DNA of 34,511 nt, taken from positions 1 to 34,511 of the forward strand of contig JABDJZ010000367.1 in the NCBI GenBank assembly GCA_013003255.1, written 5' to 3'. Under the pieces are notes generated by a model. It ran no database searches, was not told the DNA's origin, and saw only the letters and a program-made list of their open reading frames with translations. This stretch comes from Rhodothermales bacterium. GTDB taxonomy: Bacteria > Bacteroidota > Rhodothermia > Rhodothermales > UBA10348. Both the position numbers and the translations under genes were made by a program. Below, in pieces: positions 15,093 through 25,536 of this stretch (its first letter is position 1; each line of letters starts with the position of its first letter).

Positions 15093-16985
15093 ATGAAGCG
15101 CAGCACTCTTCTCAGTATGAATACCGCGTCCCGCCGAATCGGGCTCACGTGCATTCTCTTTCTCTCCGTCCTTCTTTCGGGATGCGACATCTTCGGAGAG
15201 GCGTTCGACGAACGCGCCCCGAGCGTGCAGTTGGACCGTCCCTTTGAGGGCGCGCGACTCACTGGCGCCAACGCCATTGTCGCCGTCAACGCGGAGGCCC
15301 TGGGAGATGACAACTACATCTCCTTTGTCAATGTCCAGTTGGACGGACTGCGCGTGGGCGAAGCTGAGTGGGATGGCGGGCGTTATGCGCTGCGTCTGAA
15401 CACGTTTGAGCTTGCCGACGGCCTTCACCGCCTTGAGGCGGTTGCGTTTGACCGGTACCAGGCCCGTGGCATTTCCGCGCCGATCACCATTGAGGTGGAG
15501 AACATCAGCGCCGGAGACGGCCCCGTGATGCAGATCCTCGAGCCGGAAGACGGCCAGGCCGTATCCGGGACGGTTCGGGTGTTGGCGCAGCGTGGAGCCG
15601 GACAGCCTCCGGTCTCGCGCGTGGACCTCATCGTAGATGGCATCCCCTTCTACAGCACCTCGACTTCCGTGGGCGGCGATGCCTATGCCTTCGACTGGGA
15701 CACCTCCCAGTTCTCCGGCGGCAGCCATGTGATCGAGATCAAGGCCTACAGCGGTGATGAGGTCTTTCGCCTGAACGGACCCATCTCAGTGATCGTGGGT
15801 GGCAACGACGAAGAGGGAGGAGGCACGTCCACTGGCGCCGGCACCCTGGCATTCCGCGGCACCGGCCTTGCGGGCGAAATCAAGGGGTCCGTGGCCGTCG
15901 GTTTCAACGACGACATCTATGTGGGCTCCTCCAACAACACCCTGTATGCCTTCGACAACACCGGTGAGCTCCGCTGGGAGCGCGAAACCAAGGGTCCCAT
16001 CCGCTCCACTCCGGTAGTCGGCAACAACGAAGACGTCTTCGTAACGAGTGAGGATGGCCGCCTCTGGGGCTTTACCTCGGACGGCAACGACCTCTGGGCC
16101 GTCCCCTACAACAGCGCCGCTCCGCTCCGCTCATCCCCAGCGATGGGAGTCGATGGCGTCCTGTACTTCGGTGACACCTTCGGCAATCTGCACGCCGTCA
16201 ACTCCTTCAACGGCCTGTCAGCATGGACGAACCCGGTCAAGGTTGTTGACGGGTCCATTGTGGAAGCGCCGGTCATCACCCGTGACCACACCGTAATCGT
16301 GGCCGATTCCCAGGGACGGCTCTCCGGCTATGACCGGATGGGCACGCTCCTCTGGCAGTCCCAGATTCGCGGTTCCGGCGTCTGTGGGGGTGGTACCGCC
16401 CGGGCTCCGATGGCACTTGCCGAGATCCAGCTTACCGTTGAACTGCCCACAGGTGAGATCAGAAGCTCTACCGAGGCACTCATCTACGTGATGGCGGATG
16501 ACGGCTGCCTCTACGCCTACAGTGGCTTTGACGGGTCCCGCCTCTGGCACTACGCGGTTGGTGGCTCCCGCGTCTCCGGTCCCATCATTGACGAGAGCGG
16601 TACCATCTACGTGGGCACCGAGACGGGTCTCTTCTCCTTCAATGAGACCGCCGATGCGCTCACGCCGCGCCTCCGCTACAAGTTCGTCGCAGACGATGTT
16701 GGAATGCCGGCGATCGATACCAATGGCGTCATCCACTTCGTCGCCGGACGAACGGTCATGGCCATCAACACCAACGGAACGCCTTACTGGGAGTACCCGC
16801 TCAGTACGCTTTCCGATGGGCCGGTCACCATCAACCGCTCAGGGCAACTCCTGATTGCGGGTCGGAACGGCCACCTGTTCGGGCTCAACACGGCCTCGGC
16901 CGGGCTCGCCCGGGGTAAGTGGCCCATGTACGGCCGCAATGCCCGCCATACCGGTCGGATCGGCATCGACGCCAACGACGGCTAG
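15093..16985 (+). CDS. Lipoprotein with two Ig-like domains and a PQQ-like (BamB-type) beta-propeller
   Basis: Lipobox LLSGC follows MKRSTLLSMNTASRRIGLTCILFLSV. Candidate starts are ATG 15093 or 15117; the ORF-track start at 14904 adds a non-signal extension. Two ~90-aa Ig-like segments are present (ARLTGANAIVAVNA...; QAVSGTVRVLAQ...). Repeated propeller blades follow (LYAFDNTGELRWE, LWGFTSDGNDLW, LHAVNSFNGLSAW, LSGYDRMGTLLWQ, LYAYSGFDGSRLWH). The C-terminus carries GKWPMYGRNARHTGR. Confidence 0.8.
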   Translation: MKRSTLLSMNTASRRIGLTCILFLSVLLSGCDIFGEAFDERAPSVQLDRPFEGARLTGANAIVAVNAEALGDDNYISFVNVQLDGLRVGEAEWDGGRYALRLNTFELADGLHRLEAVAFDRYQARGISAPITIEVENISAGDGPVMQILEPEDGQAVSGTVRVLAQRGAGQPPVSRVDLIVDGIPFYSTSTSVGGDAYAFDWDTSQFSGGSHVIEIKAYSGDEVFRLNGPISVIVGGNDEEGGGTSTGAGTLAFRGTGLAGEIKGSVAVGFNDDIYVGSSNNTLYAFDNTGELRWERETKGPIRSTPVVGNNEDVFVTSEDGRLWGFTSDGNDLWAVPYNSAAPLRSSPAMGVDGVLYFGDTFGNLHAVNSFNGLSAWTNPVKVVDGSIVEAPVITRDHTVIVADSQGRLSGYDRMGTLLWQSQIRGSGVCGGGTARAPMALAEIQLTVELPTGEIRSSTEALIYVMADDGCLYAYSGFDGSRLWHYAVGGSRVSGPIIDESGTIYVGTETGLFSFNETADALTPRLRYKFVADDVGMPAIDTNGVIHFVAGRTVMAINTNGTPYWEYPLSTLSDGPVTINRSGQLLIAGRNGHLFGLNTASAGLARGKWPMYGRNARHTGRIGIDANDG

Positions 16986-17028
16986 GCACGCCGGCAACAC
17001 CCCCCTCTCCAGAGACTCCTCCGTGCGT

Positions 17029-17064
17029 CGCTCCTGCCCCTCAGGAGCGGCGCGCGCTCGTTTT
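17029..17064. terminator. Hairpin between convergent genes (possible terminator)
   Basis: CGCTCCTG (17029-17036) pairs with CAGGAGCG (17042-17049), 8 bp with a 5-nt loop. A TTTT run lies 11 nt downstream (17061-17064), which is further away than in a canonical intrinsic terminator. Confidence 0.3.
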
Positions 17065-17097
17065 GGGAGTCCCTGATACTTTGGGTCGGGCGTCAGG

Positions 17098-17730
17098 CTA
17101 CTGTCTGAGCAGCACCGAGCGGGATCGCTCCAGGAGCCGCCCCTCCTCATCGAATGCGTCGAACCAGATGCGGTGGGGGCTCTCGTCCAGGAAGCCCGCG
17201 ATTCCAGTCATGTCCAGGCTGGGCACGTCTGAGTCCACCCGGCCAACCACCGAGGCCGTCTCGTCATCCCAGATCACCAGTCGGTAGCTGCTGGCACCGC
17301 CTACGTCATGCCAGTCCAGCGTCCCCAGCGGCCCACTCATTGTTATCATGCGGGACGTTTCGGCAGAGCCGCCCACGACTTCGGTAAGCCCGCGGTCCAC
17401 GCCGGCCCGGTACGCAACCACCACCGTGGTCAGGAACGCCGTGAGGCAGACCAGAATGACGGTGGTCCATAGTATGACCCCCAGTCGGGCACTCTGCGTC
17501 AGCAGCGGTCTCCGCCGGGGCGGCAGGGAGACTGAGGTCAGGGGCGGTCTGCTCGAGGACTGGCCGTCGCCCTCCGACTCCAGTAGCTGGTTTGCGGCTG
17601 AAAGGATCTCCCGGGCATCCTCATCGGATCGAAGGAAATCGGCGACGTCTTTTCTGCGGCTCGGCGAAAGCCTGCCGGCCAGATAGGCCGCCAGGGTATA
17701 TTCGTCAATACCGCGACCTGCAAGTCGCAT
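17098..17730 (-). CDS. Single-pass membrane protein with an anti-sigma-factor-like N-terminal helix and a small extracytoplasmic domain
   Basis: ATG at 17730. IDEYTLAAYLAGRLSPSRRKDVADFLRSDEDAREIL resembles the anti-sigma N-terminal helices, but without Cys/His zinc ligands. LGVILWTTVILVCLTAFLTTVVVAY is a TM helix. The C-terminal ~95 aa are beta-rich (SSYRLVIWDDE). Confidence 0.55.
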   Translation of the reverse strand: MRLAGRGIDEYTLAAYLAGRLSPSRRKDVADFLRSDEDAREILSAANQLLESEGDGQSSSRPPLTSVSLPPRRRPLLTQSARLGVILWTTVILVCLTAFLTTVVVAYRAGVDRGLTEVVGGSAETSRMITMSGPLGTLDWHDVGGASSYRLVIWDDETASVVGRVDSDVPSLDMTGIAGFLDESPHRIWFDAFDEEGRLLERSRSVLLRQ

Positions 17731-17901
17731 GATGGATGAGGGCGCGTGGGTGGGTACATCGGTCTACACAGTGCTGCTCGCCTTTTGCAGCCTGTACCTC
17801 GGAGAGTACGCGCATTTTTGTCCGATTTGTGTCATTGCCCCGGGTGAAATGGGTGCCCTCGGCCTCTTGCGCCGCCGGAGCCCGCCTATCATATTTCGGA
17901 C
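17731..17901. promoter_or_regulatory. Divergent intergenic region (171 bp) between the anti-sigma-like gene and the aldehyde dehydrogenase gene
   Basis: Inferred from position only. It contains T-rich tracts (CATTTTTGTCCGATTTGTG), but I could not assign promoter elements. Confidence 0.25.
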
Positions 17902-19590
17902 ATGGACTCTGATCTGCGATCCATCCAGCAGGCACGGGAGCTTCTTCGAGAGGCACGGGCCGCCCAACACCTGGCCAAGAAACTGGACCAGGAGGCCGTG
18001 GACCGGATCGTGACGGCCATGGTCCGGGCCGGCGCATCCCAGGCGGATCGGCTTGGGCGCCTCGCACATCAGGAGACCGGGTTCGGAAAGCCGGAAAGCA
18101 AAAAGGAGAAGAACCTCTTTGCTACCCAGACCCTCCATGAGCGCATGGAAGGAATGCGCACGGTCGGGATCATTCGAAAGCTTGAGGGCGACACGATCTG
18201 GGAGGTGGCCAGCCCGATGGGTGTCGTGGCCGCGCTGATTCCGTCGACCAATCCCACCTCCACGGCCATGTATAAAGCCATCATCGCGGCCAAGGCACGC
18301 TGTGCGGTGGTGATGAGTCCCCACCCTCGGGCGCGCAACTGTACGGCCGACGCCCTGTCTGTGGTCGCGGAGGCCGCGTATCGGGCCGGGGCGCCGAAAG
18401 GGCTGTTTGGATGCATGACCGAGGTAAGCCTGGCCGGTACACAGGCGTTGTTGGAGGATCCCGAAGTGGATCTGATCCTGGCCACCGGGGGGACAGCCAT
18501 GGTGAAAGCGGCCTACTCGAAAGGGAAACCCGCCTATGGCGTAGGATCCGGGAACGTACCTGTCTATGTGGATCGCAGCGCTGATGTGTCAAAGGCTGCG
18601 CGAGACCTGGTGCACGGAGCCAGCTTTGACTGGGGAACGCTGTGCTCGACCGAACGCAGTATTGTCTGTGACCTGCCTGTCCGCGAGGCCCTCCTGCAGG
18701 GGCTTAAAGCAGCCGGCGCGTACCTGGTCACAGAGAGGGAGCGCCCAATGCTGGAGGCAGCGGTCGTCGTGAATGGGGCACTGAACATTGAGCAGGTCGG
18801 CAAGTCACCCGAGGCCATCGCCGACATGGCCGGTTTCAAGGTACCCCGGGGAACGCGCGCGCTCATTGCGGAAGCCACCAAGGTCGGCGCGGCTGATCCG
18901 CTGTCCCGCGAGACCCTCTCACCCATCATGACCCTCTACACGGCGGACGGCTGGGAAGCCGGATGTGAGCGGTGCATGGAAATCCTGGCCTATGGGGGGA
19001 TGGGACACACGCTGGCCCTTCACGCCGGCAATGAGCGAATCATTGAGGCATTCGCCCTTCAGAAGCCCGCGATGCGCATCGTGGTCAATTCCGTATCCGC
19101 CCTCGGATCGGTGGGGTATACAAACCGCCTGTTCCCGGCCATGACGCTTGGCCCCGGGACCGTGGGTGGCTCAATCACCAGCGACAACATCTCTCCCCTG
19201 CACCTGCTCAACATCAAGCGGGTGGCCTTCGAAACCAACCCGGTTACCAGTCGTGGCCGCTCCTCGGAGCCGGTGTCTGGCGTGAAGCGCGGCAAAGCGA
19301 GCTCTTCGGGGGGAGCCGGCGGCAAGGCCGGAGCCCCGACCAACCTGGCAAGTCCAGCCCGCGCGACAAAGTCAGGGCCCGCCTCATCGTGGATTGACGA
19401 GATCGAATCACGCCTCCGGGACCGGGCCGGCAATCCGGTGCACTCCACCTCCGCTGCGCCGCTCTCCGGTCCCGCCGGCAGCAAGTCATCCGCCGGCAGC
19501 AAAGCATCCGCCGCCACTTCGAAGGGCGAATCGGACGCTGGCTTGAGTGACGCTGAGATAGACGCTCTTGTCCGGGAATTCAGACGCTGA
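17902..19590 (+). CDS. CoA-acylating aldehyde dehydrogenase (AdhE N-terminal/EutE/PduP-like ALDH family) with a ~115-aa low-complexity C-terminal extension
   Basis: MDSDLRSIQQARELLREARAAQ, IPSTNPTST, catalytic-Cys context WGTLCSTERS and GMGHTLALH are typical of acetylating aldehyde dehydrogenases. From ~19241 the sequence becomes S/A/G/K-rich. Confidence 0.85.
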   Translation: MDSDLRSIQQARELLREARAAQHLAKKLDQEAVDRIVTAMVRAGASQADRLGRLAHQETGFGKPESKKEKNLFATQTLHERMEGMRTVGIIRKLEGDTIWEVASPMGVVAALIPSTNPTSTAMYKAIIAAKARCAVVMSPHPRARNCTADALSVVAEAAYRAGAPKGLFGCMTEVSLAGTQALLEDPEVDLILATGGTAMVKAAYSKGKPAYGVGSGNVPVYVDRSADVSKAARDLVHGASFDWGTLCSTERSIVCDLPVREALLQGLKAAGAYLVTERERPMLEAAVVVNGALNIEQVGKSPEAIADMAGFKVPRGTRALIAEATKVGAADPLSRETLSPIMTLYTADGWEAGCERCMEILAYGGMGHTLALHAGNERIIEAFALQKPAMRIVVNSVSALGSVGYTNRLFPAMTLGPGTVGGSITSDNISPLHLLNIKRVAFETNPVTSRGRSSEPVSGVKRGKASSSGGAGGKAGAPTNLASPARATKSGPASSWIDEIESRLRDRAGNPVHSTSAAPLSGPAGSKSSAGSKASAATSKGESDAGLSDAEIDALVREFRR

Positions 19591-19667
19591 GGCCCCCGCC
19601 TCAATTGACTGAATCGGCCCAAGACGGCTACCTTGGGGGTCTTTGCTCGAAACGACTCTACGACTGA

Positions 19668-20237
19668 ATGCCTTCTACAAGCGACTTCCGCAATGGGCTT
19701 ACCCTGATCTGGAATGGGGACCTGTGGTCCATCATCGAGTTCATGCACGTGAAGCCAGGCAAGGGCGGGGCATTTGTCCGCTCCAAGCTGAAGAACGTCA
19801 AGTCCGGCAAGATCGTGGACAACACGTTCCGCGCCGGCGAGAAGGTGGAAACCGCGCGCATCGAGCGGCGGACCTACCAGTACCTCTACGAGGACGATCT
19901 CGGCCTCCACTTCATGAACCTGGAGACGTACGAGCAGATCTCGCTCCCGGCAGAAAGCATCCAGGGCCGCGAGTTCATCAAGGAAGGGGGCACACTGGAG
20001 ATCCTTTTCCATGCCGAGACCGAGAAGCCCCTGACCACCGAAATTCCGAACAGCGTGGAACTGGTGGTCACCCAGACCGACCCCGGTCTCAAAGGAGACA
20101 CGGCTACGGGTGCCACCAAGCCGGCCACGCTTGAGAGCGGCGCCGTTGTCAACGTGCCTCTGTTCATCAACGAAGGCGATACGATCAAGGTTAGCACGGA
20201 CAAGGGTGACTACGTCACGCGCGTCTCCACCGGCTGA
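19668..20237 (+). CDS. efp: Elongation factor P
   Basis: [43 protein letters not shown], 189 aa, with the conserved KPGKG loop. Confidence 0.95.
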   Translation: MPSTSDFRNGLTLIWNGDLWSIIEFMHVKPGKGGAFVRSKLKNVKSGKIVDNTFRAGEKVETARIERRTYQYLYEDDLGLHFMNLETYEQISLPAESIQGREFIKEGGTLEILFHAETEKPLTTEIPNSVELVVTQTDPGLKGDTATGATKPATLESGAVVNVPLFINEGDTIKVSTDKGDYVTRVSTG

Positions 20238-20256
20238 TCGCCAAACCCCACCTCAG

Positions 20257-20763
20257 ATGGATATAGAACGCATCAGGGAGCTCCTGCAGGTTGTCTCAGA
20301 CAGTGGCGTGGCCGAGGTCGAAATCCACGACGACGACTTCAAACTCGTCGTCCGGAAGTCCGCGCCCACCGTCACGATGCAGCAGGCTCCGTCTCCGTTT
20401 CCCTACGGCTATCCCATGCAGGCCGCACCAGCGATGCCTGCAGCACCGGCCATGGCGCCGGTCGCCCCGGCTGCTCCGGCGGCACCCGCCCCGGCGCCTG
20501 CACCGGCCGAGCCAGTTCCATCCGGCGAAGACATCTGCTCGCCAATTGTCGGCACCTTCTACAGGGCGCCCTCGCCGGACTCGGACAACTATGTGAATGT
20601 TGGAGACCGCGTCAAACCGGGCGACATTCTGTGCATCATCGAGGCGATGAAACTGATGAACGAGGTGGAGTGCGAAGTCAGCGGCACCATCACCGAGATT
20701 CTCGTCGAGAACGCCCAGCCGGTTGAATTCGATCAGCCGCTGTTTCGTATTGATCCCAGCTGA
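20257..20763 (+). CDS. accB: Acetyl-CoA carboxylase biotin carboxyl carrier protein
   Basis: Start [13 protein letters not shown] at ATG 20257; the ORF-track start at 20110 overlaps efp. An Ala/Pro-rich linker is present, as is the biotinyl-lysine motif [13 protein letters not shown]. Confidence 0.95.
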   Translation: MDIERIRELLQVVSDSGVAEVEIHDDDFKLVVRKSAPTVTMQQAPSPFPYGYPMQAAPAMPAAPAMAPVAPAAPAAPAPAPAPAEPVPSGEDICSPIVGTFYRAPSPDSDNYVNVGDRVKPGDILCIIEAMKLMNEVECEVSGTITEILVENAQPVEFDQPLFRIDPS

Positions 20764-20777
20764 CCAAACGGTCCTGC

Positions 20778-22130
20778 ATGCGTAGAGAGATCAAGAAGGT
20801 TCTGATCGCGAACCGGGGCGAGATCGCCCTTCGCATCATCAGGACCTGCCACGAAATGGGGATCCAAACGGTGGCCGTGTATTCCACGGCAGACCGCGAC
20901 TCCTTGCACGTCCGATTCGCGGATGAGGCTGTATGCATCGGTCCTCCGGCCAGTCGCGACAGCTACCTGCGCTTCGACCGGATCCTGGCTGCCGCCGAGG
21001 TCACCGGAGCCGATGCCATTCACCCGGGCTACGGGTTCCTGGCCGAGAACGCGGACTTCAGCGCCATTTGCGAGGATCACGAGATCAAGTTCATCGGGCC
21101 CTCCCCGGAGACCATCCGCATGATGGGGGACAAGAGCCTGGCCAAGGACACGATGCGGGCAGCGGGCGTGCCCGTGGTTCCGGGATCCGACGGCGTGGTT
21201 GCTGACCTCAAGGAAGCCAAGAAGATCGCCGACGGCATCGGCTACCCGGTCATCGTCAAAGCCAGTGCTGGCGGCGGTGGCAAGGGCATGCGCATGGTCC
21301 CGGCTGCCGAGGACTTCGAGGCCGCTTTCACCATGGCCTCCAATGAGGCCGAAGCCGCGTTCGGCAACGGCGAGGTCTACATCGAGAAGTTTGTGACGGC
21401 GCCCCGGCACGTCGAGATCCAGGTTCTCGGTGACGGCAAGGGCAAAGTCATACACTTCGGTGAGCGCGAGTGCTCCATCCAGCGCCGCCACCAGAAACTG
21501 CTCGAAGAGTCCCCCAGCCCCATCGTGGATGAGGACCTGCGAGAGCGCATGGGCGAGGCGGCCATCAAGGGCTCCGAGGCCGTGAACTATGAGGGGGCCG
21601 GTACGGTGGAATTCCTGGTCGACGCTGACCGGAATTTCTACTTCATGGAGATGAACACGCGGATCCAGGTGGAGCATCCGGTCACCGAAGAAGTGACGGA
21701 CTGCGACCTGATCCAGTACCAGATCCGGGTTGCGATGGGTGAGCCCATCATTTCTGAACCGCCTCCGCTGGATGGACACGCCATCGAGTGTCGGATCAAC
21801 GCGGAGGATCCGTTCCGGAACTTCTCCCCTTCGCCCGGGAAGATCACCACGTTCCATCCACCGGGAGGCCACGGCGTCCGCGTGGATACCCACGTATACA
21901 GTGGTTATCTCATCCCGCCCAACTACGATTCCATGATTGCCAAGCTCATCGTGCGGGGAAAGACGCGCGAATTGGCCATCAACAAGGCGCTCCGCGCGCT
22001 GGACGAGTTTGTGATCGAAGGGGTGAAGACCACGATCCCCTTCCACGCCCAACTTCTTCGTGATCCCAAGTTTCGGGCCGGCGATTTTGATACCCGGTTC
22101 CTTGAGACGTTCGAACTGAAACCTGCCTGA
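20778..22130 (+). CDS. accC: Acetyl-CoA carboxylase biotin carboxylase subunit
   Basis: [22 protein letters not shown]-grasp [22 protein letters not shown]; 450 aa. Confidence 0.97.
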   Translation: MRREIKKVLIANRGEIALRIIRTCHEMGIQTVAVYSTADRDSLHVRFADEAVCIGPPASRDSYLRFDRILAAAEVTGADAIHPGYGFLAENADFSAICEDHEIKFIGPSPETIRMMGDKSLAKDTMRAAGVPVVPGSDGVVADLKEAKKIADGIGYPVIVKASAGGGGKGMRMVPAAEDFEAAFTMASNEAEAAFGNGEVYIEKFVTAPRHVEIQVLGDGKGKVIHFGERECSIQRRHQKLLEESPSPIVDEDLRERMGEAAIKGSEAVNYEGAGTVEFLVDADRNFYFMEMNTRIQVEHPVTEEVTDCDLIQYQIRVAMGEPIISEPPPLDGHAIECRINAEDPFRNFSPSPGKITTFHPPGGHGVRVDTHVYSGYLIPPNYDSMIAKLIVRGKTRELAINKALRALDEFVIEGVKTTIPFHAQLLRDPKFRAGDFDTRFLETFELKPA

Positions 22131-22135
22131 TCGAC

Positions 22136-22519
22136 ATGAACTTCCCCGCGGAACTCCGCTACACCAAGGACCACGAGTGGGTGCGCGTCTCAGAAGACGG
22201 CTCGAGCGCCACAGTGGGCATCACAGACTTTGCCCAGAATGAACTGGGAGACATTGTCTACGTGGACATCGACACGGTGGGCGATGACGTGGGCAAAGAT
22301 GATGTGTTCGGGACGGTGGAGGCGGTCAAGACGGTTTCCGAACTGTTCATGCCCGTTAGCGGCACCGTGGCCGAATTCAACGAGGCGCTGGAAGGCAGCC
22401 CCGAACTGGTCAACGATGATCCCTACGGCGAAGGCTGGATGATCCGGATCGACCTTTCGGAAGCTTCCGAACTGGATGATCTGCTCACGGCCGAGGCCTA
22501 CGCTGAAATGACCGGCTGA
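22136..22519 (+). CDS. gcvH: Glycine cleavage system H protein
   Basis: [12 protein letters not shown], lipoyl-lysine context [19 protein letters not shown]; 127 aa. Confidence 0.95.
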   Translation: MNFPAELRYTKDHEWVRVSEDGSSATVGITDFAQNELGDIVYVDIDTVGDDVGKDDVFGTVEAVKTVSELFMPVSGTVAEFNEALEGSPELVNDDPYGEGWMIRIDLSEASELDDLLTAEAYAEMTG

Positions 22520-22522
22520 CCT

Positions 22523-24088
22523 ATGCACCAGCGGATCGTCATTCTGGACTTCGGGTCCCAGTACACGCAACTCATCGCGCGACGCGTCCGCGAATCGGGA
22601 GTCTACTCGGAGATATTCCCGTGTACGACCCCAACCGCCGAGATCGCCGCCCTGGATCCGGTAGGCATCATCCTGTCGGGCGGTCCTTCCTCAGTTTATG
22701 ACGAGGGTGCCCCGCCACTGGACCCGGCCATTCTGAGTCTCGAAGGCCCCTCGGGCCGGATTCCCGTGCTGGGAATCTGCTACGGCCTCCAGGCCATGGC
22801 ACACGTATCGGGAGGCAGCGTCGCCAAGGCTGACCGTCGCGAGTTTGGCCGGGCGGCGCTGGATGTGCTTGATCCAGCCGGGCTCCTGGAGGGTCTCCCT
22901 GCGGACACGACGGTCTGGATGAGCCACGGTGACCACCTGACTCGCCTTCCGGAGGGCTTCAAGGTCATCGCAAAGACAGACAACGCGCCGATCGCGGCCA
23001 TCAAGGTTGAAGGGCTGCCTCACTACGGCGTCCAGTTCCACCCGGAGGTGGTTCATACGCCCGAGGGCAAGACTGTCATTCGCAACTTCACCCACGGCAT
23101 CTGCGGGTGCTCGGGCGACTGGTCCGCGGCCTCGTTCATCGACGAGAAGACGCAGGAGATCCGGGATCTGGTGGGAGACGACCACGTCATCCTCGGTCTG
23201 TCAGGTGGCGTAGACTCGTCAGTGGCGGCGGTTTTGCTGCACCGGGCCATCGGAGGCCAGCTGACCTGCATTTTCGTGAACAACGGGCTGCTTCGGCTCG
23301 GCGAGTGGGAGCAGGTCCAGGAGACGTTCCGCGACCACTACCACATCCGGCTTGAGGCGGTGGATGCCTCGGATCTATTTCTGGACCGGCTTGCCGGTGT
23401 CACCGATCCCGAAGAGAAGCGCCACATTATCGGCAACACGTTCGTCGAGGTATTCGATGACGCCACCGACTCCGTGGTCAACCGGATTGGCATCAAGCCC
23501 CGATACCTGGCTCAGGGAACGCTCTACCCCGACGTGATCGAGAGCGTCTCGTTCAAGGGTCCCTCGGCCACCATCAAATCCCATCACAACGTCGGCGGAC
23601 TGCCCGACGAGATGGACTTCGAGATTCTCGAGCCGTTTCGGGAGCTCTTCAAGGACGAGGTTCGGTCCATCGGCCGGCTGCTTGAGGTACCCCAGTCCAT
23701 CATCGGGAGGCATCCCTTCCCGGGGCCGGGTCTTGGCATCAGGATCCTGGGTCCGATCACGCGCGAAGAGGTCAGGGTCCTCCAACTGGCCGACGCCATC
23801 TTCATTGAGGAACTGCGCAAGTGGAACCTCTATGACGAGGTGTGGCAAGCCTTTGCAGTGCTACTCCCGGTGCGTACCGTTGGGGTGATGGGCGATGAGC
23901 GGACCTACGAGAACGTGTGCGGAATCCGCGCCGTGACCAGTGTCGACGGCATGACGGCCGATTGGGCCCACCTGCCGCATGATTTCCTGGGGCACGTCTC
24001 CAACCGCATCGTCAACGAAATCCGCGGGATCAACCGCTGCGTCTACGACATCAGTTCCAAGCCACCGGCGACCATCGAGTGGGAATGA
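22523..24088 (+). CDS. guaA: GMP synthase (glutamine-hydrolysing)
   Basis: GATase with catalytic Cys in [10 protein letters not shown]-loop [10 protein letters not shown]-terminal PPATIEWE; 521 aa. Confidence 0.97.
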   Translation: MHQRIVILDFGSQYTQLIARRVRESGVYSEIFPCTTPTAEIAALDPVGIILSGGPSSVYDEGAPPLDPAILSLEGPSGRIPVLGICYGLQAMAHVSGGSVAKADRREFGRAALDVLDPAGLLEGLPADTTVWMSHGDHLTRLPEGFKVIAKTDNAPIAAIKVEGLPHYGVQFHPEVVHTPEGKTVIRNFTHGICGCSGDWSAASFIDEKTQEIRDLVGDDHVILGLSGGVDSSVAAVLLHRAIGGQLTCIFVNNGLLRLGEWEQVQETFRDHYHIRLEAVDASDLFLDRLAGVTDPEEKRHIIGNTFVEVFDDATDSVVNRIGIKPRYLAQGTLYPDVIESVSFKGPSATIKSHHNVGGLPDEMDFEILEPFRELFKDEVRSIGRLLEVPQSIIGRHPFPGPGLGIRILGPITREEVRVLQLADAIFIEELRKWNLYDEVWQAFAVLLPVRTVGVMGDERTYENVCGIRAVTSVDGMTADWAHLPHDFLGHVSNRIVNEIRGINRCVYDISSKPPATIEWE

Positions 24089-25536
24089 CGGGACGCGCAC
24101 ATAGAACCCGTTGTCGCGTGGCCAAGATGGCGGCGCTGCTGATGCTTCTGGTGACGGTGGCGGCGCTCCCGGCCTCCGCCCGGCAGACCTCCGTGCCAGA
24201 CAACGCCCAGGCACAGACACTGTTTGACGAGGCACTGACCTCATTCGATGCGGGAGAGTATGCCGAGGCGGCCGCTCAGTTTTCCCGCGTCGCGGAGGGC
24301 TTCGACCTCCACTCCATGACCACGGCGGCTGCCCTCATGGAAGGCAAGGCCCTGTATCGGGCGGGCGCTTTTCAGGAAGCCGTCCAGACCCTGAGTCGGT
24401 TTGAAGAACGGTTTGCCTCCAGCCGCTTCGTAACTGACGCGCGACGGGCCCGCCGACTGGCCGCCAATGCCCTGGAGGCCACGGCCAATGCCCCGATTGA
24501 CCTCGGTATCATTCTTTCGCTCAACCCGGACGAGGCGTCGGCCAGCCAGGAGCTTTTCAACGGGCTTCGACTGGCGGTCGATGCCCACAACGGCATGCCC
24601 GGGGCGCGGCCTATTCGGATGGTGTTCCGCGATATCGGTCAGATGGGCGCAGACGGCGCGCTTCGCAGCGCGGTGGATGCCGGCTCCGCCACGGTGTTCG
24701 GTGCCTTGTTCAGCGACCAGGCCACGGTGGCCGCAGCGCTGGCCGAGGAACTCGAAGTGGTCTTTATCGCCCCCCTCGCCACCGATGAGCAGGTCACCGA
24801 CGAGCGGACGCTGGCATTCCAGGCCAACCCGTCCATCCAGATGCGCGGAAGGCTTATGGCCCGTTTCGCCGTCAACGGGCTGCGCCTGCGCGACCTCGGC
24901 GTGGTGACAGAGGGCGAAGCCAACGGCATTTCCCGCCTGATGGGCGCTGCATTCGCTCAGGAAGCCGAAAGCCTCGGCGCCAGGGTTCGCTTTGCCGAGG
25001 TGCTTCCGGGCCCCCGTGCCTGGCTGAACATTGAGAATCATCTTTCCGCTGATTCGCTGCGTGCGGTCAGCGGGCTTTACGCTCCTCTTGCGGGCGCGGC
25101 CTCGGATCAGCTGGCCGGTGGATTCCTCGGAGGCCTCCGGAATCTCCTCACGCCGGACGAGCAGCGCAGCCTGCGCGTACTGGGAAACTCGGAGTGGCAC
25201 GACCTGCCTCTGCGTGAAGATGCATCCCGGTTCATGGTGACCTACTCCAACGACTATTTCTTCGACCGGTCGACGGATCGGGCGCAGGCGTTCACGCGCC
25301 GTTTCCGAAACTTGTCAGGGGTCAGTCCGGGCCGGCTGGGCGTCGTGGGCTATGATCTGGGCACCTACCTGTCCGAGCACCTGACGTCGTCCGACCCGCA
25401 GGAGGTCCGCGCACGGCTCCTGAGTGCTGCTCCGTTCCAGGGTCTCGGTGTACGCGTCTACTTCGGCGGTGAGCAAGTCAACCGCCAGATGTTCTACCAC
25501 CGATACCGGGACGGACAACTCTCGCTGATGCGGTAG
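24085..25536 (+). CDS. Periplasmic protein: TPR-like N-terminal domain + type-I periplasmic-binding-protein (LivK/LpoA-like) domain
   Basis: ATG 24085 overlaps the guaA stop (ATGA). [32 protein letters not shown] is a signal peptide. TPR-like [17 protein letters not shown] / [17 protein letters not shown] follows. A Leu/Ile/Val-binding-protein-like alpha/beta region comes next ([10 protein letters not shown]..., [10 protein letters not shown]..., LGVVGYDLG). Confidence 0.65.
   Translation: MTGRAHRTRCRVAKMAALLMLLVTVAALPASARQTSVPDNAQAQTLFDEALTSFDAGEYAEAAAQFSRVAEGFDLHSMTTAAALMEGKALYRAGAFQEAVQTLSRFEERFASSRFVTDARRARRLAANALEATANAPIDLGIILSLNPDEASASQELFNGLRLAVDAHNGMPGARPIRMVFRDIGQMGADGALRSAVDAGSATVFGALFSDQATVAAALAEELEVVFIAPLATDEQVTDERTLAFQANPSIQMRGRLMARFAVNGLRLRDLGVVTEGEANGISRLMGAAFAQEAESLGARVRFAEVLPGPRAWLNIENHLSADSLRAVSGLYAPLAGAASDQLAGGFLGGLRNLLTPDEQRSLRVLGNSEWHDLPLREDASRFMVTYSNDYFFDRSTDRAQAFTRRFRNLSGVSPGRLGVVGYDLGTYLSEHLTSSDPQEVRARLLSAAPFQGLGVRVYFGGEQVNRQMFYHRYRDGQLSLMR

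Noticed and set aside
17902-19590. Bacterial microcompartment locus around the acylating aldehyde dehydrogenase.
   Set aside because: No BMC-H/BMC-P shell proteins, phosphotransacylase or signature enzyme are encoded in this window, and the neighbours are efp-accBC. Only the tail peptide is retained as an observation.
19618-19645. Hairpin CCCAAG-(8 nt)-CTTGGG followed by GGTCTTTG after the aldehyde dehydrogenase stop, considered as a terminator.
   Set aside because: It has only a 6-bp stem and a weak, interrupted T-tract, which is too marginal to annotate as a feature. It may still contribute to termination upstream of efp.
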